Assembly: GCA_016187745.1 (NCBI GenBank)
Contig: JACPJC010000006.1
Location: 96,001 to 160,000, forward strand
DNA: 64,000 bases
Reading direction: 5' to 3'
Source: Candidatus Iainarchaeum sp.
Lineage (GTDB): Archaea > Iainarchaeota > Iainarchaeia > Iainarchaeales > JAXPJC01
Shown here: piece after piece, positions 29,801-39,049 of the stretch
How the letters are laid out: each line of letters begins with the position of its first letter
How positions within the stretch are numbered: the first letter of the stretch is position 1
Made by a program: the position numbers and the translations under genes
The notes under the pieces: generated by a model
What the model was told of the DNA's origin: nothing
The model's database searches: none
Seen by the model: the letters and a program-made list of their open reading frames with translations, nothing else

Positions 29801-32297
29801 AGGAGATTATAATGTTGTACTTACAGTAACTGATAATAATGGCGCAACTGATGCAAACACCGTGAGCGTAAGCATCACTTCAGGCCCGATAAGCTTCTGC
29901 CCGGGGACAAAAAGCTGGACAACGCAGGCTGATTTCAATTCAGGAAGCGATGTAAATGCTGACACTTATTCAGATCCCGGAAGCATAATTTTAACAAAAA
30001 GCGGGGAAATAGCGCCTGATGCAAACACAAAGCTGCTTATGCATTTTAATGCAAATCCGCAAACGCATTTGGGAACGGAAATGGATTCTTCAGGAAACGG
30101 AAATAATGGAACGGTTTATACAAATGAGGGCGCAACAAACAAGGCAGTTGCAGGAAAATTCGGAAGCGCTTTGGGCTTTGATGGCATTGATGACCGCGTA
30201 TCCGTCCCGGACAGCGATTACTGGAATCTGGGTTTATATTTCACTATTGGCATGTGGGTTAAATTCCAGAGCGGAACAATAGACAATGAGCATTATTTGC
30301 TGGGCTATAATTACGGGAGCAATAACAGGAATTTCTGGGTGGCATACCAGGGGCAGCTTTCGCCGGATCAGCTGCATTTTAATTTTGCCACTGACGGCTC
30401 AGGCGGCCACTTCGGGGGCATGAGCGTTGCATGGACGCCTAATGCAGGGCAGTGGTATAATATTGCAATTGTGAGAAATAGTGCTGATTTGAAGATGTTT
30501 ATAGATGGCATGCAGATCGGCTCCACTTACAATATCGGCGCAACGAGCATGTGGGCCGGCTCAACAGCAGGCATAGAAATCGGTTCGGGGCACAATTCCC
30601 GCCATAGCGGCGAAATGGATGAAGTTGCAGTCTGGAACCGCGCGCTTTCTCCAAGCGAAGTCCTTGCGCTTTATCAGAGCGGCTCGGCATACCGCCCTTC
30701 AGGCACATGGAACGGAGTATTTGATTCAAATTCAATTGCAAGCGGCTGGAACACAATAAATTGGGGCGAGGATTTGAATTACGGCGCTGAACTTGCAGGG
30801 GATTCCAATACAAAACTGCTTTTGCATCTGAATGAGGGTTCTGGAACAACTGCAAATGATTCAAGCGGCAATGGGAACAATGGGGCATTGTTTAACGGCC
30901 CTATCTGGACTTCTTCAGGAAAGTTCAGGAATGCGCTGCAGTTTGATGGAACTGATGATTATGTGAAATTCTCGGCAGCAAATATGCCTACAGGGGAAAG
31001 AACAGTTGAATTGTGGTTCTATAACACAGACACAACAGCGGTGGGGGCAAGGCAGATATTCGGATATGGGGGGAACAGCAACAGCCCCGCATATTCTTCA
31101 TTTTTGATTTACTCCTCCGCAGATAAGAAGGGAATTACTGCCCATATGCATTATCCCGGGGGCGGGATCCTGAATTATGCAGGAACTTCGCCGATGACCA
31201 ATGCCTGGTATTACTTGGTGCTCACAACTGACGTGAGCGGAAGCAGGCTTTACATAAATGGAAGGCTGGTTGATTACAATGCAGTAACCCCTTCAACATA
31301 TGTTTCGGGCAAAGATGGATTTGTGGGTGCAATGCCTTCAGGCAGCGGCACTGGAACCTATGTTGACCCGAATTATCCCTATTGGAAGGGGAATATAGAT
31401 GAAGTTGCAGTTTACAACGCAGCGCTGGACGCAAATAAGATACTTGAGCATTACAGGAAGGGCGCCGCAAATATAAGATTGAGGACAAGAACTGCCGCAT
31501 CGCAGCTGGCATTGAGCAGCGCGGAATGGAGCAATGAGAATGAGATTGATGCGAATTCTGACATCAATGGATTGTGGCACTTCAATGAAGGAAGCGGCAG
31601 CATTGCAAGCGACTCAAGCGGAAATGGGAATAACGGAACATTGATGAATGGAGTGGCATGGGCTTCTTCTGGAAAGTTTAAGAATGCGCTGCAGTTTGAT
31701 GGGGTTAATGATTATGTTAACATAATTAAATCTGATGAGTTTCATTTAGGAGCGGGTAGTTTTGCTGTTACAGCATGGGTTAACTTTGCGGGGTTAGCCG
31801 GAAATCAGAATATTCTTGCGTTTTATACCATTGCCAATCAGGCTTTGCAATTTGCTTGGAGTACAAACGTTTTAACTGTTTGGGGCGAAACAAGCACTGT
31901 TTTAAGCACATCAGGATTTTCCCCAACTCTTAACAGATGGTATCACGTTGCATTTGTAAGAAACGGGAATGCCTGGAATATTTATGTTGATGGCACGTCA
32001 TATGCCAGTGCAACTGATGCGAGAACTTTAAATTATCCGAAGGATAATATTGGGATAGGCGTTCTGCCTACGTCCTTGCAATATTTCAACGGCAAGATAG
32101 ATGAACTTGCAATTTGGAACAGGGGATTAAGCGCAGGCGAAGTGCTCGGGCTTTACAAGAGAGGCAAATATTACACGGCAGGCCCGAGCGCAATAACAAG
32201 CGATGCCAACAGGTTCATTGAGGTGCAGGCGCTCCTGGAAACTGAAAATTCCTCTTACACGCCGGTGCTGCAGGATTTGAACATAAGCTGCTCTTAG
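26850..32297 (+). CDS. Giant class III signal-peptide (type IV pilin-like) adhesin with five LamG/concanavalin-like domains, a PKD domain and a Cys-rich repeat
   Basis: KGQAALEYL plus hydrophobic helix; five GKF..AL.FDG..D / G.IDE.A..N.AL units; DPDG.I..Y.WNFGDG ... H.Y...G.Y.V.LTVTD; CGN...EG.EQCD. Confidence 0.92.
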   Translation: MPRTEKGQAALEYLMTYSWALVAIAIVIGVLIFMGILKAPSAGTCTGLEKLAYEDHTIDSNGNFILYLKNGAGMQIAINSISPGEDFSGNCSASSAIINATKDFNIVCINTGISAGQTYNGKITIEYMRRNAKHTESAACSGTAPLSGIFLVAPAPQIIEGFFNGSGNNVDLNNPDEMTLGGGGGSYAFFGSYTSDVFDANSTMDWTASISWDENAPAGTDINLQTRTSDNNVAFSAWSGYYTNPSGEAITSPNGRFIQYKANLSTTNPALTPRLLEVRMHGNPLAQSCGNLKREGSEQCDTNDLAGSNCVLLGYSSGALACKADCTFDTNGCVGATTTMLCPGSKTWTSQSDWQSGALANIDATSSPGSIKLSQPSTSGTWNIVVDSNAAPTDWNAISWSEDLNYGGELAGDANTKLLLHLNEVSGLTAADASGNGNNGTLTNGATWTSSGKFGNALGFDGINDYIDVSNESLFDFERTSPFTLSAWVKWASGTTQTLLSKQTSAGNAPGWLLIVNANGTLAMWLVNDAGAGWNLIHVDSVSSIGLGTWNHVVMTYDGSSTAAGVKLFINGNQSGTTIVTNTLSASILNNVDVWIGNRQFADIPFNGTIDEAAIWNRALGAGEILEHYKRGALNLRFRTRSAPTQGTLSSASWGGYYTESPSAIASPNNKWIEVQALLENSDANYTNYTPVLNDVSISCAGAQGNQAPFAGLGASAYSANAGSYIAFYGNTSYDPDGNIVNYAWNFGDGNAVASPANYPLGAKTLLRFDEGIDSAAGDASGNNNGGTISGAAWTSSGKFGNALAFDGVDDYVNLPQKITDAEGTISAWIKTGGDVSSAQRIYSQSTGGASSNRVAVTILSGAFRFDAGFAPGGVQLDIGNVQPNTWYHIVWTSDGSTIKGYVNGANQALTVTGGSNSGQWFSGITSNYARIGNMRYDDISGNIQYFNGTIDEVAIYNRALGAGEILALYQGGPAVVYHKYNLAGDYNVVLTVTDNNGATDANTVSVSITSGPISFCPGTKSWTTQADFNSGSDVNADTYSDPGSIILTKSGEIAPDANTKLLMHFNANPQTHLGTEMDSSGNGNNGTVYTNEGATNKAVAGKFGSALGFDGIDDRVSVPDSDYWNLGLYFTIGMWVKFQSGTIDNEHYLLGYNYGSNNRNFWVAYQGQLSPDQLHFNFATDGSGGHFGGMSVAWTPNAGQWYNIAIVRNSADLKMFIDGMQIGSTYNIGATSMWAGSTAGIEIGSGHNSRHSGEMDEVAVWNRALSPSEVLALYQSGSAYRPSGTWNGVFDSNSIASGWNTINWGEDLNYGAELAGDSNTKLLLHLNEGSGTTANDSSGNGNNGALFNGPIWTSSGKFRNALQFDGTDDYVKFSAANMPTGERTVELWFYNTDTTAVGARQIFGYGGNSNSPAYSSFLIYSSADKKGITAHMHYPGGGILNYAGTSPMTNAWYYLVLTTDVSGSRLYINGRLVDYNAVTPSTYVSGKDGFVGAMPSGSGTGTYVDPNYPYWKGNIDEVAVYNAALDANKILEHYRKGAANIRLRTRTAASQLALSSAEWSNENEIDANSDINGLWHFNEGSGSIASDSSGNGNNGTLMNGVAWASSGKFKNALQFDGVNDYVNIIKSDEFHLGAGSFAVTAWVNFAGLAGNQNILAFYTIANQALQFAWSTNVLTVWGETSTVLSTSGFSPTLNRWYHVAFVRNGNAWNIYVDGTSYASATDARTLNYPKDNIGIGVLPTSLQYFNGKIDELAIWNRGLSAGEVLGLYKRGKYYTAGPSAITSDANRFIEVQALLETENSSYTPVLQDLNISCS

Positions 32298-33655
32298 GTT
32301 TTTTCTACGGCGCGTATTGCAATGGCCTTATTGCGCTTCCCATAGAAGTCAATATTCAAGTAGATTTCCTCCCCGGTTGAATGCCCCGGAACTGCAAACA
32401 GGGGCAAATAATTCGCATCAATTGTGTAGGAAGCGTTTGTGTCTGGCATTGTAAGAGTGTTGATGTTTGATTTTCCCGTTTGGTAAGTGTTTGAAGAAAT
32501 GTGCTTTTGCCCAAATAATGTTTTAAGCGAAGTGTTAATTGCAGAGGTTTGCCCAGTGCCTGTGTTCAGGTCAATATTAAGGCTTGCGGAAGGCTCCTTC
32601 AATTCAATGCCGCTTATGCTTATTCCAAGCGCCGAGATTTCATTTATTATTTCCGCCTTGAGGCTTGCGAATGGCTGCGCCTCATTGAAATCTATTGCCG
32701 CATATAAGTGATTTTCATCAACAGGCACGAAGAAGAAGTTTGTAATTCCTGCAATTGAGGAAAACGCAGAATTCAAATCGCCCTGCTTTGAGGCCGCGTT
32801 CGCATCGGATATGTTGAGGCTTATTCTCTTCATGCCTGGGAAAATCTCAACATCCGCATTTTCAATCCCATCAATTGCAAGAAGTTCGGCCTCAAGGCCG
32901 TTTCCATCCGGGAGATATGAATAATTCACATCGCCGTAAATTACAATCCTTTTGTCAAGTTCAGAAAGCGCATAAATTCCTTCCAGGGAAAGCGGAACAG
33001 CCTCCGCTGTGAGATTCTTTGATTCAAATGCCAGTATGTCAATAAGCGCTTCCCCCGAGAGCGTGACGTTAAGAACTGCCTTCAGCGCATCGCCCTTTCT
33101 GCCTTCTACAGATAAATAGGCATTTGAAAACTGCCTTTCAAGACTGTGGGTTTTTGTTATATTGAGGTCCGCATTGCTCAATTCAATTTCATTCGGAAGC
33201 GCCACAAGGCCAAGGGCCGCTGCCTCAATCGCATGGAGAGTTCCTTCAGCGGATTCTGAAATATTTTCTGCAATCTCCCCTGCGGAGTATTTGGAATTGT
33301 CATATGTTGCTTCCGCAGAATAGGCAAGGGAGAATCCGCTTCCCTGCTCAGGATTGCCGTATTTTGACCAGTTTATCCCGGTTATGCCGTTCGCATCCCG
33401 CACTTTTGCATCAATCTTGTCAATGTCCACTTCATTTGTTTTTCCTGAGAATGCGATTGTGGGGAAGATTTCAACAATGTTCGCGTCAATTTCACCTGCT
33501 GATTTGTACTGCAGGGGGCTTGGGGGAGTTACTGGCGGAGGCTCATTCCCATTCTGCTGCCCCTGCACATAGAACTCCCACACAAATGCGATGGTGCTCG
33601 CAATCATTATGAAAATTATGAAATAAGCGAAAAGCCTTGTTGCGTTCATTTTCAT
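32294..33655 (-). CDS. Hypothetical membrane-anchored extracellular protein
   Basis: N-terminal TM, Pro linker, acidic Asn-rich body with N-glycosylation sequons. Confidence 0.75.
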   Translation of the reverse strand: MKMNATRLFAYFIIFIMIASTIAFVWEFYVQGQQNGNEPPPVTPPSPLQYKSAGEIDANIVEIFPTIAFSGKTNEVDIDKIDAKVRDANGITGINWSKYGNPEQGSGFSLAYSAEATYDNSKYSAGEIAENISESAEGTLHAIEAAALGLVALPNEIELSNADLNITKTHSLERQFSNAYLSVEGRKGDALKAVLNVTLSGEALIDILAFESKNLTAEAVPLSLEGIYALSELDKRIVIYGDVNYSYLPDGNGLEAELLAIDGIENADVEIFPGMKRISLNISDANAASKQGDLNSAFSSIAGITNFFFVPVDENHLYAAIDFNEAQPFASLKAEIINEISALGISISGIELKEPSASLNIDLNTGTGQTSAINTSLKTLFGQKHISSNTYQTGKSNINTLTMPDTNASYTIDANYLPLFAVPGHSTGEEIYLNIDFYGKRNKAIAIRAVEKT

Positions 33656-33724
33656 CAATAGGAACTAATAATAATAAATTTTAAAATACCTCACAATTGG
33701 CAAATCCTGCATTTTTTGTTTTGC

Positions 33725-34549
33725 TCATTTCTGAATTGCCTTGTTTGCTATAATAAGCAGGGCATTTGAAAGCTTGCTGAATTCTTCCTTTAATATCAGG
33801 TTCGTGCTGTCAAGCTTGCCTGAAACATTATCCATCTTATTTGAGAGATCTTCCTTTAATATTCTGTTTGTGTCATCCAGTTTGCCTGAAACGCTGTCCA
33901 TCTTATTTGAGAGATCTTCCTTTAATATTCTGTTTGTGTCATCCAGTTTGCCTGAAACATCATCCATCTTATTTGACAAATCTTCCCTTAATATGCGGTT
34001 TGTGCTGTCGAGCTTGCCTGAAACGCTGTCCATTTTCTTCGACAGGTCTTCCCTTAATATCTGGTTTGTGCCATCCAGCTTGCTTGAGACATTGTCCATC
34101 TTCTTTGCAAGCTTTCCTGAAAAACCGTCCATCTTATTTGACAGGCTGCCATATTTTACATCCAGCTTGCCGAAGTTCCCGTTTGTTTCTTTTCTGAAGC
34201 TATGCATCTCATCATACATTTTGTGCATATACAATGCCGCCTCATCAGCCCTCTCAGCCATTTCCCGGGTTGGCTTCCCCCTATTAATTGTAAATCTTTT
34301 AAATGTGATTTTTGTTGCAATGCTCCTCTGTTTGATATTTTCTACATTAATTGGCCAGTTTCTGATTTTGATTTTATCAATAAATTTCTTGATTCTTGCT
34401 TTATCCCCCTGGACAACTATTTTTACGCTTTCATCAGGAAGATTCTCCGCATAGCCTTTTATGCCCAGCTCAAAGGCAGCCTGGCTCACAATGTTCCTAT
34501 AGCCGACTCTCTGGACATTGCCTGTTACAATCAATTCTAGAGCGCCCAT
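33725..34549 (-). CDS. Acylphosphatase domain fused to a 22-aa-repeat coiled coil
   Basis: G.VQRVGYR, GY.EN..D.SV; C-terminal five repeats of NKMDxVSGKLDxTNRILKEDLS. Confidence 0.88.
   Translation of the reverse strand: MGALELIVTGNVQRVGYRNIVSQAAFELGIKGYAENLPDESVKIVVQGDKARIKKFIDKIKIRNWPINVENIKQRSIATKITFKRFTINRGKPTREMAERADEAALYMHKMYDEMHSFRKETNGNFGKLDVKYGSLSNKMDGFSGKLAKKMDNVSSKLDGTNQILREDLSKKMDSVSGKLDSTNRILREDLSNKMDDVSGKLDDTNRILKEDLSNKMDSVSGKLDDTNRILKEDLSNKMDNVSGKLDSTNLILKEEFSKLSNALLIIANKAIQK
33775..34104 (-). repeat. Five tandem 66-bp coding repeats
   Basis: Units 33841-33906 and 33907-33972 are nearly identical; outer units are more diverged. Confidence 0.92.
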
Positions 34550-34735
34550 GGCATTATTTAATAGCCCAAATCATTATTTAAACCTATCTGTTTTTTACGA
34601 CATAAGACGAATATAGCAGGTGTGGTCCTGCATCCCCCGCTTCAACGGGACTGTTTTTAAATTCTTGTTATTTAAATTAATTAGTGGGAATCACTAATTA
34701 GCTTTTCCTGATTTTGATGAATTGATGGTGTTTCA

Positions 34736-35482
34736 ATGAAAAAAGGTTCAGTGGCAATAATAAGCTTTACGGGGAAGGATCTGGCTTCCGGAAAGGTATT
34801 TGACACAACAAGCGCAGAGGAGGCGAAGGCTTCCGGCGCATTTGATGCCAATGGAATTTACAGGCCGATTCCCATAATTGTAGGCGCGGGGGACGTAATA
34901 AAGGGGATTGATGATGCGCTTCTTGGAATGAATCCGGGAGAGCAGAAAACAATTACGCTACAGCCGAAGGACGCTTTCGGGGAGAGGAATCCCGAGCTTG
35001 TTGCGCTTGTTCCATTGCAGGAATTCAGGAACCGCAATATGAATCCCTATCCGGGCATGGTTGTGGAAGTGGATGGAAGGCAGGGAAGGGTGCAGAGCGC
35101 CTCCGGGGGAAGGGTAAGGGTTGATTTCAATCCCGAGCTTGCAGGGAGGGCGATAGAGTATAAGCTGAATGTGGAAAAGGAAATTGCGGAGAAGAAGGAG
35201 CAATTGCAGGCGCTTTTCGGGAAGTATTTCGCGTTCCTTGATGCGAAAAGCGTGAAGATAGAGCTTAATGGCGCGAGCGCGCAGATAACAATCCCGGGAG
35301 CGCAGGTAAATGAAAGCACTATTGGAAAAATAGCAATAAACAAGATCCTCTTCACAAAGGCGGTCCTCGGGAGCCTTGAGGGCTTTTCGGAAATAAACTT
35401 CGTGGAACAATTCAACAATAAAAAAACTGCTGATGAACAAAAGCCGGCCAAGAGAGAGAAAACTGCTAAAACCCCTTCTTGA
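34736..35482 (+). CDS. Long-type archaeal FKBP peptidyl-prolyl isomerase (SlyD-like)
   Basis: G.VFDTT, VG.G.VI.G.D.AL, P..AFGER, GRVRVDFN.ELAG. Confidence 0.92.
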   Translation: MKKGSVAIISFTGKDLASGKVFDTTSAEEAKASGAFDANGIYRPIPIIVGAGDVIKGIDDALLGMNPGEQKTITLQPKDAFGERNPELVALVPLQEFRNRNMNPYPGMVVEVDGRQGRVQSASGGRVRVDFNPELAGRAIEYKLNVEKEIAEKKEQLQALFGKYFAFLDAKSVKIELNGASAQITIPGAQVNESTIGKIAINKILFTKAVLGSLEGFSEINFVEQFNNKKTADEQKPAKREKTAKTPS

Positions 35483-35495
35483 GTGGCATGCCCAA

Positions 35496-36218
35496 TCAGC
35501 CCATTACTTTCATATCATAGAAATAGAATTTATTCCCTTCATACCTTACAAATCTTATCTCGGCACGCCCGATATAGCCGAGTTTAAGTCTGTTCAGGAG
35601 ATATTCAATCATTTTGTATGCCTTACGATTGCTAATTTTACTGTTGATAAATTGTGCATCTTTCCGGCTAAATTTGCCTTTTTCCAGAATGATTCTGTTT
35701 TTTATTTTTGTATTTGCTAGAAAAATATCAAAAACATCTGTATCGCTTGGCATTGTTGTTTTATAAGCCTCTTCACGATAAACTACCTCGCCTGCACCCT
35801 GGCCCAATCTTGTTAAAATTATTCCCCCATGGCCTTTTATCGCCTTTCTCAGCCCGACCTTTTGCACTATAAAAGGGCCTGGGGGCTTTGAAATAAAACC
35901 CTGTATTGATTCTGCAATATTAGCCATGTGTGCTTTGGTGAGGGGCTTCATGATGAATTCCTTTCGGTAACCTGAAGTTCTTACAATTATTCTCCTGGCG
36001 TCCGCAAACTCCCCAACATTAATTATGCTACTGGCCTTGTACAGTTTAGCCTGCTCAAAGGGAATCCCAAACGCATTGCATATCTTCTGGAGCTCCAATG
36101 TTCCGGGGATTTTTGAGAAGGCTGGAAATTTACCCGCAGGCAGGCCTGGCGGTTTTTCCTTCACTGCCGCCTGCTTCCTTCTGCGCCATAACATTTCTGT
36201 TGCCTTTCTAAACGGCAT
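35496..36218 (-). CDS. Basic orphan protein with Arg-rich leader
   Basis: MPFRKATEMLWRRRKQ...; fills the intergenic space; no family recognised. Confidence 0.6.
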   Translation of the reverse strand: MPFRKATEMLWRRRKQAAVKEKPPGLPAGKFPAFSKIPGTLELQKICNAFGIPFEQAKLYKASSIINVGEFADARRIIVRTSGYRKEFIMKPLTKAHMANIAESIQGFISKPPGPFIVQKVGLRKAIKGHGGIILTRLGQGAGEVVYREEAYKTTMPSDTDVFDIFLANTKIKNRIILEKGKFSRKDAQFINSKISNRKAYKMIEYLLNRLKLGYIGRAEIRFVRYEGNKFYFYDMKVMG

Positions 36219-36376
36219 GAACAATATGCTGCTCATGTGGTTAAAATATCTGCCGAATTTGTGCTTGCAAACTATATGCGCAAAATGCCCAAAAAACAAG
36301 CTTTATAAATATTTGTTATAAGGATTATTTCAGAAGATAGGCTTCTGGTTTTGATTTGTTTTATCGGGTGTATTGG

Positions 36377-37000
36377 ATGGACCAAGAGAAACTGAAAACA
36401 GGCACTACCACTGTAGGCGTTAAGGCAACTGATGCGACAGTGCTTGCGGCAGACATGAAGGCGACAATGGGGAATATTGCCGCGGAGCTTACCGCAACAA
36501 AACTGTTCAGGATAAATGACAATATAGCGCTTGCAATTGCCGGCTCGCAGGGGGACTGCCAGACAATCATAAGGTTCCTTAAAAGCCAGGCAAAGTTGTA
36601 TGAGATGGAAAGGGAAACGCCGCTTTCAACAAAGGCCGCAATAACTTTCCTCGCGAACATCCTGAATGCAAACCGCTATTATCCATATCTTTCATACTTC
36701 ATAATGGGCGGCTTCAACAAGGAGGCTGAGCTCTACACTACAGACATGGTCGGGGGATTCAGCGAGGTTGAGAAATTCACTTCCGTAGGCTCGGGATTTG
36801 AGCTTGCTTATGGGGTATTGGAGCAGAACTACAGGGACAACATGGACCAGGATGCGGCAATAAGGCTTGCGGTAAGTGCGGTGAAGGTTGCAAAGAAGCG
36901 CGACATTTACACAGGCGGGGAAGGAATAAAGGTATTTGTCATTGATGCGAAGGGCGCAAGGGAACTGAGCGAAAAGGAAGTGGAGAAGTATTCCCAGTAG
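36377..37000 (+). CDS. psmB: Proteasome beta subunit
   Basis: Short propeptide KTG/TTTVG, GSG...AYGVLE, RD..TG. Confidence 0.96.
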   Translation: MDQEKLKTGTTTVGVKATDATVLAADMKATMGNIAAELTATKLFRINDNIALAIAGSQGDCQTIIRFLKSQAKLYEMERETPLSTKAAITFLANILNANRYYPYLSYFIMGGFNKEAELYTTDMVGGFSEVEKFTSVGSGFELAYGVLEQNYRDNMDQDAAIRLAVSAVKVAKKRDIYTGGEGIKVFVIDAKGARELSEKEVEKYSQ

Positions 37001-37084
37001 TTTTTCCATTTAATTCTAGGATTTATATAATTTGACGGCTCATAGTTTGCCTTTTGTTATGGACTTTGGTTTGGAGTTATTCAT

Positions 37085-38989
37085 ATGGACAATGCGGTAA
37101 AGCAGATAAAGGAAATAATTGAGAAGAACCTCCCTTCGGAGGTGGAAATCACATCCATCGAGCTTGAGGGGCCGGAAGTGGCAATATACACGAAAAACCC
37201 CAGATCTTTTTTTGAGAATGAGAATTACGTTGCAAAGCTTGCGTACGAGCTGAAGAAACGCGTTAATGTGAGGAGCGACAAATCGCTTTTAATAAATCAG
37301 GAAGAGGCGAAAAAGATTGTTGAGGGGATTGTGCCACAGGACGCGGGAATAAGGGAAATTTATTTTGATGAGGCGTTCTCCGAGGTTGTAATAGAGGCAA
37401 TGAAGCCCGGACTTGTGATAGGGAAATCCGGAAGCACCTCAAAGGAAATCATACTCAAAACCGGCTGGGTGCCGAATATTCTGAGGGCGCCGACTTCGGA
37501 CAGCAATACCCTGCGCGGAATAAGGCACCATCTGCACAAGTATTCTGCAGAGAGGAGAAAAATACTGCAGGCAACCGCAAAGCACATTTATAGGGAGCTT
37601 CCTGAGCAGCTGAACAACAGGGGATGGATAAAGCTTGATGCATTGGGGGGCTTCAGGGAAGTCGGAAGGAGCTGCGTTCTTATTGCAACTGCAAACACAA
37701 AAGTAATGCTTGACTGCGGGATAAATGTAGCTTCAAACGATGACCCCTATCCTTACCTTGATTCGCTGAATTTTCCCTTAAGCGAACTGGACGCTGTAAT
37801 AATAAGCCATGCACATCTTGACCACTCGGGCTTTTTGCCATATCTTTTCAAATTAGGATACAGGGGCCCTGTGTACTGCACTGCCCCAACGCGCGATTTG
37901 ATGACGCTGCTGCAGTTTGATTCCATTGATGTGCTTGTGAAGGAAGGGAGGACCCCCCCTTATTCCGAAGCAGATGTGAAGGAAATGGTAAAATACTGCA
38001 TTCCCCGCGATTATAGGGAAGTAACGGACATTGCGCCGGATATGCGCCTGACTTTGCACAATGCGGCGCACATTCTCGGAAGCGCCTCAGTACATTTGCA
38101 TATAGGGGAGGGGGCGCACAACTTTGTTTATAGCGCTGACATGAAATACGGCTTCACAAGGCTGTTTGACAATCTGGACATGCATTACCCGAGGCTTGAG
38201 ACCCTGCTTATTGAAAGCACATACGGGGGAAGAAACGACATTCATCCCCTGAGGCAGGAATCCGAGGAAAGGATTGTGAAAATCATAAGGGAAACTGTCC
38301 TCAATAAGGGAAATGTCCTCATTCCAGTATTTGCAGTTGGGCGCGGGCAGGAAATAATGCTTGTGCTTGAGGACGCATACAGGAGAGGAATGCTCGAGGC
38401 GAAGGTCTATATTGATGGCATGACAAAGGAGGCAAGCGCAATCCATACAGCGTATCCGGAGTATTTGCGCAATACTGTGCAGAGAAGAGTGCTGCAGAAT
38501 GATTCGCCGTTTACCTCGCAGCTTTTCCAAGTGGCTCCGGAAGCAAGCGAGAGGGCGGCCCTTCTTGCGGAGGGCGGCGCGATAATTGTCGCTTCAAGCG
38601 GAATGCTTACAGGAGGGCCTTCGCTGAGATATTTCTACCAGATGGCCGAGGACCCGAAAAACTGCATGATTTTCGTTGGATACCAGGGGGAGGGCGCCTT
38701 GGGAAGGAAACTGCAGGGGGGGATAAAAATGCTGCCTGTTCCCGCGGGAAACGGAAGGGTAAAGGCACTCAATGTAAATATGCGCGTTGAGACTGTTGAG
38801 GGGTTTTCAGGGCATTCGGACAGGCTGCAGCTGATGAATTACATCCGCATGCTCAAGCCGATGCCCAAGCGCATACTTGTTGACCACGGGGAAAAGGAAA
38901 CCACGATTGATTTTTCAAGGAGCGTTGCAATGAAATTCAGGATCAACACAACCGCTCCGCGCAATCTGGACAGCGTTAGGCTGAGATGA
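37085..38989 (+). CDS. fttA: aCPSF1 / transcription termination factor FttA (KH-KH plus beta-CASP)
   Basis: EGPE...YT, KPGLVIG, LGGFREVGRS, SHAHLDH, GFSGHSD, HGE, LDS.RL; downstream of psmB as is usual in archaea. Confidence 0.96.
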   Translation: MDNAVKQIKEIIEKNLPSEVEITSIELEGPEVAIYTKNPRSFFENENYVAKLAYELKKRVNVRSDKSLLINQEEAKKIVEGIVPQDAGIREIYFDEAFSEVVIEAMKPGLVIGKSGSTSKEIILKTGWVPNILRAPTSDSNTLRGIRHHLHKYSAERRKILQATAKHIYRELPEQLNNRGWIKLDALGGFREVGRSCVLIATANTKVMLDCGINVASNDDPYPYLDSLNFPLSELDAVIISHAHLDHSGFLPYLFKLGYRGPVYCTAPTRDLMTLLQFDSIDVLVKEGRTPPYSEADVKEMVKYCIPRDYREVTDIAPDMRLTLHNAAHILGSASVHLHIGEGAHNFVYSADMKYGFTRLFDNLDMHYPRLETLLIESTYGGRNDIHPLRQESEERIVKIIRETVLNKGNVLIPVFAVGRGQEIMLVLEDAYRRGMLEAKVYIDGMTKEASAIHTAYPEYLRNTVQRRVLQNDSPFTSQLFQVAPEASERAALLAEGGAIIVASSGMLTGGPSLRYFYQMAEDPKNCMIFVGYQGEGALGRKLQGGIKMLPVPAGNGRVKALNVNMRVETVEGFSGHSDRLQLMNYIRMLKPMPKRILVDHGEKETTIDFSRSVAMKFRINTTAPRNLDSVRLR

Positions 38990-39049
38990 TTAGTTATTTC
39001 CCTAACAAAAAGGAAAGTTAATTAATGAGGTTGCGCTAATTAATCCTGT

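Noticed and set aside
28050-32170. Diversity-generating retroelement acting on the LamG repeats
   Set aside because: No reverse transcriptase and no template/variable repeat pair differing only at adenines; differences occur at all bases.
33741-34454. Long antisense ORFs over the acylphosphatase repeat gene (also 58295-58994 and many others in the track)
   Set aside because: Shadow frames of well-supported genes on the opposite strand, with Ser/Phe/Leu-rich composition typical of antisense translation.
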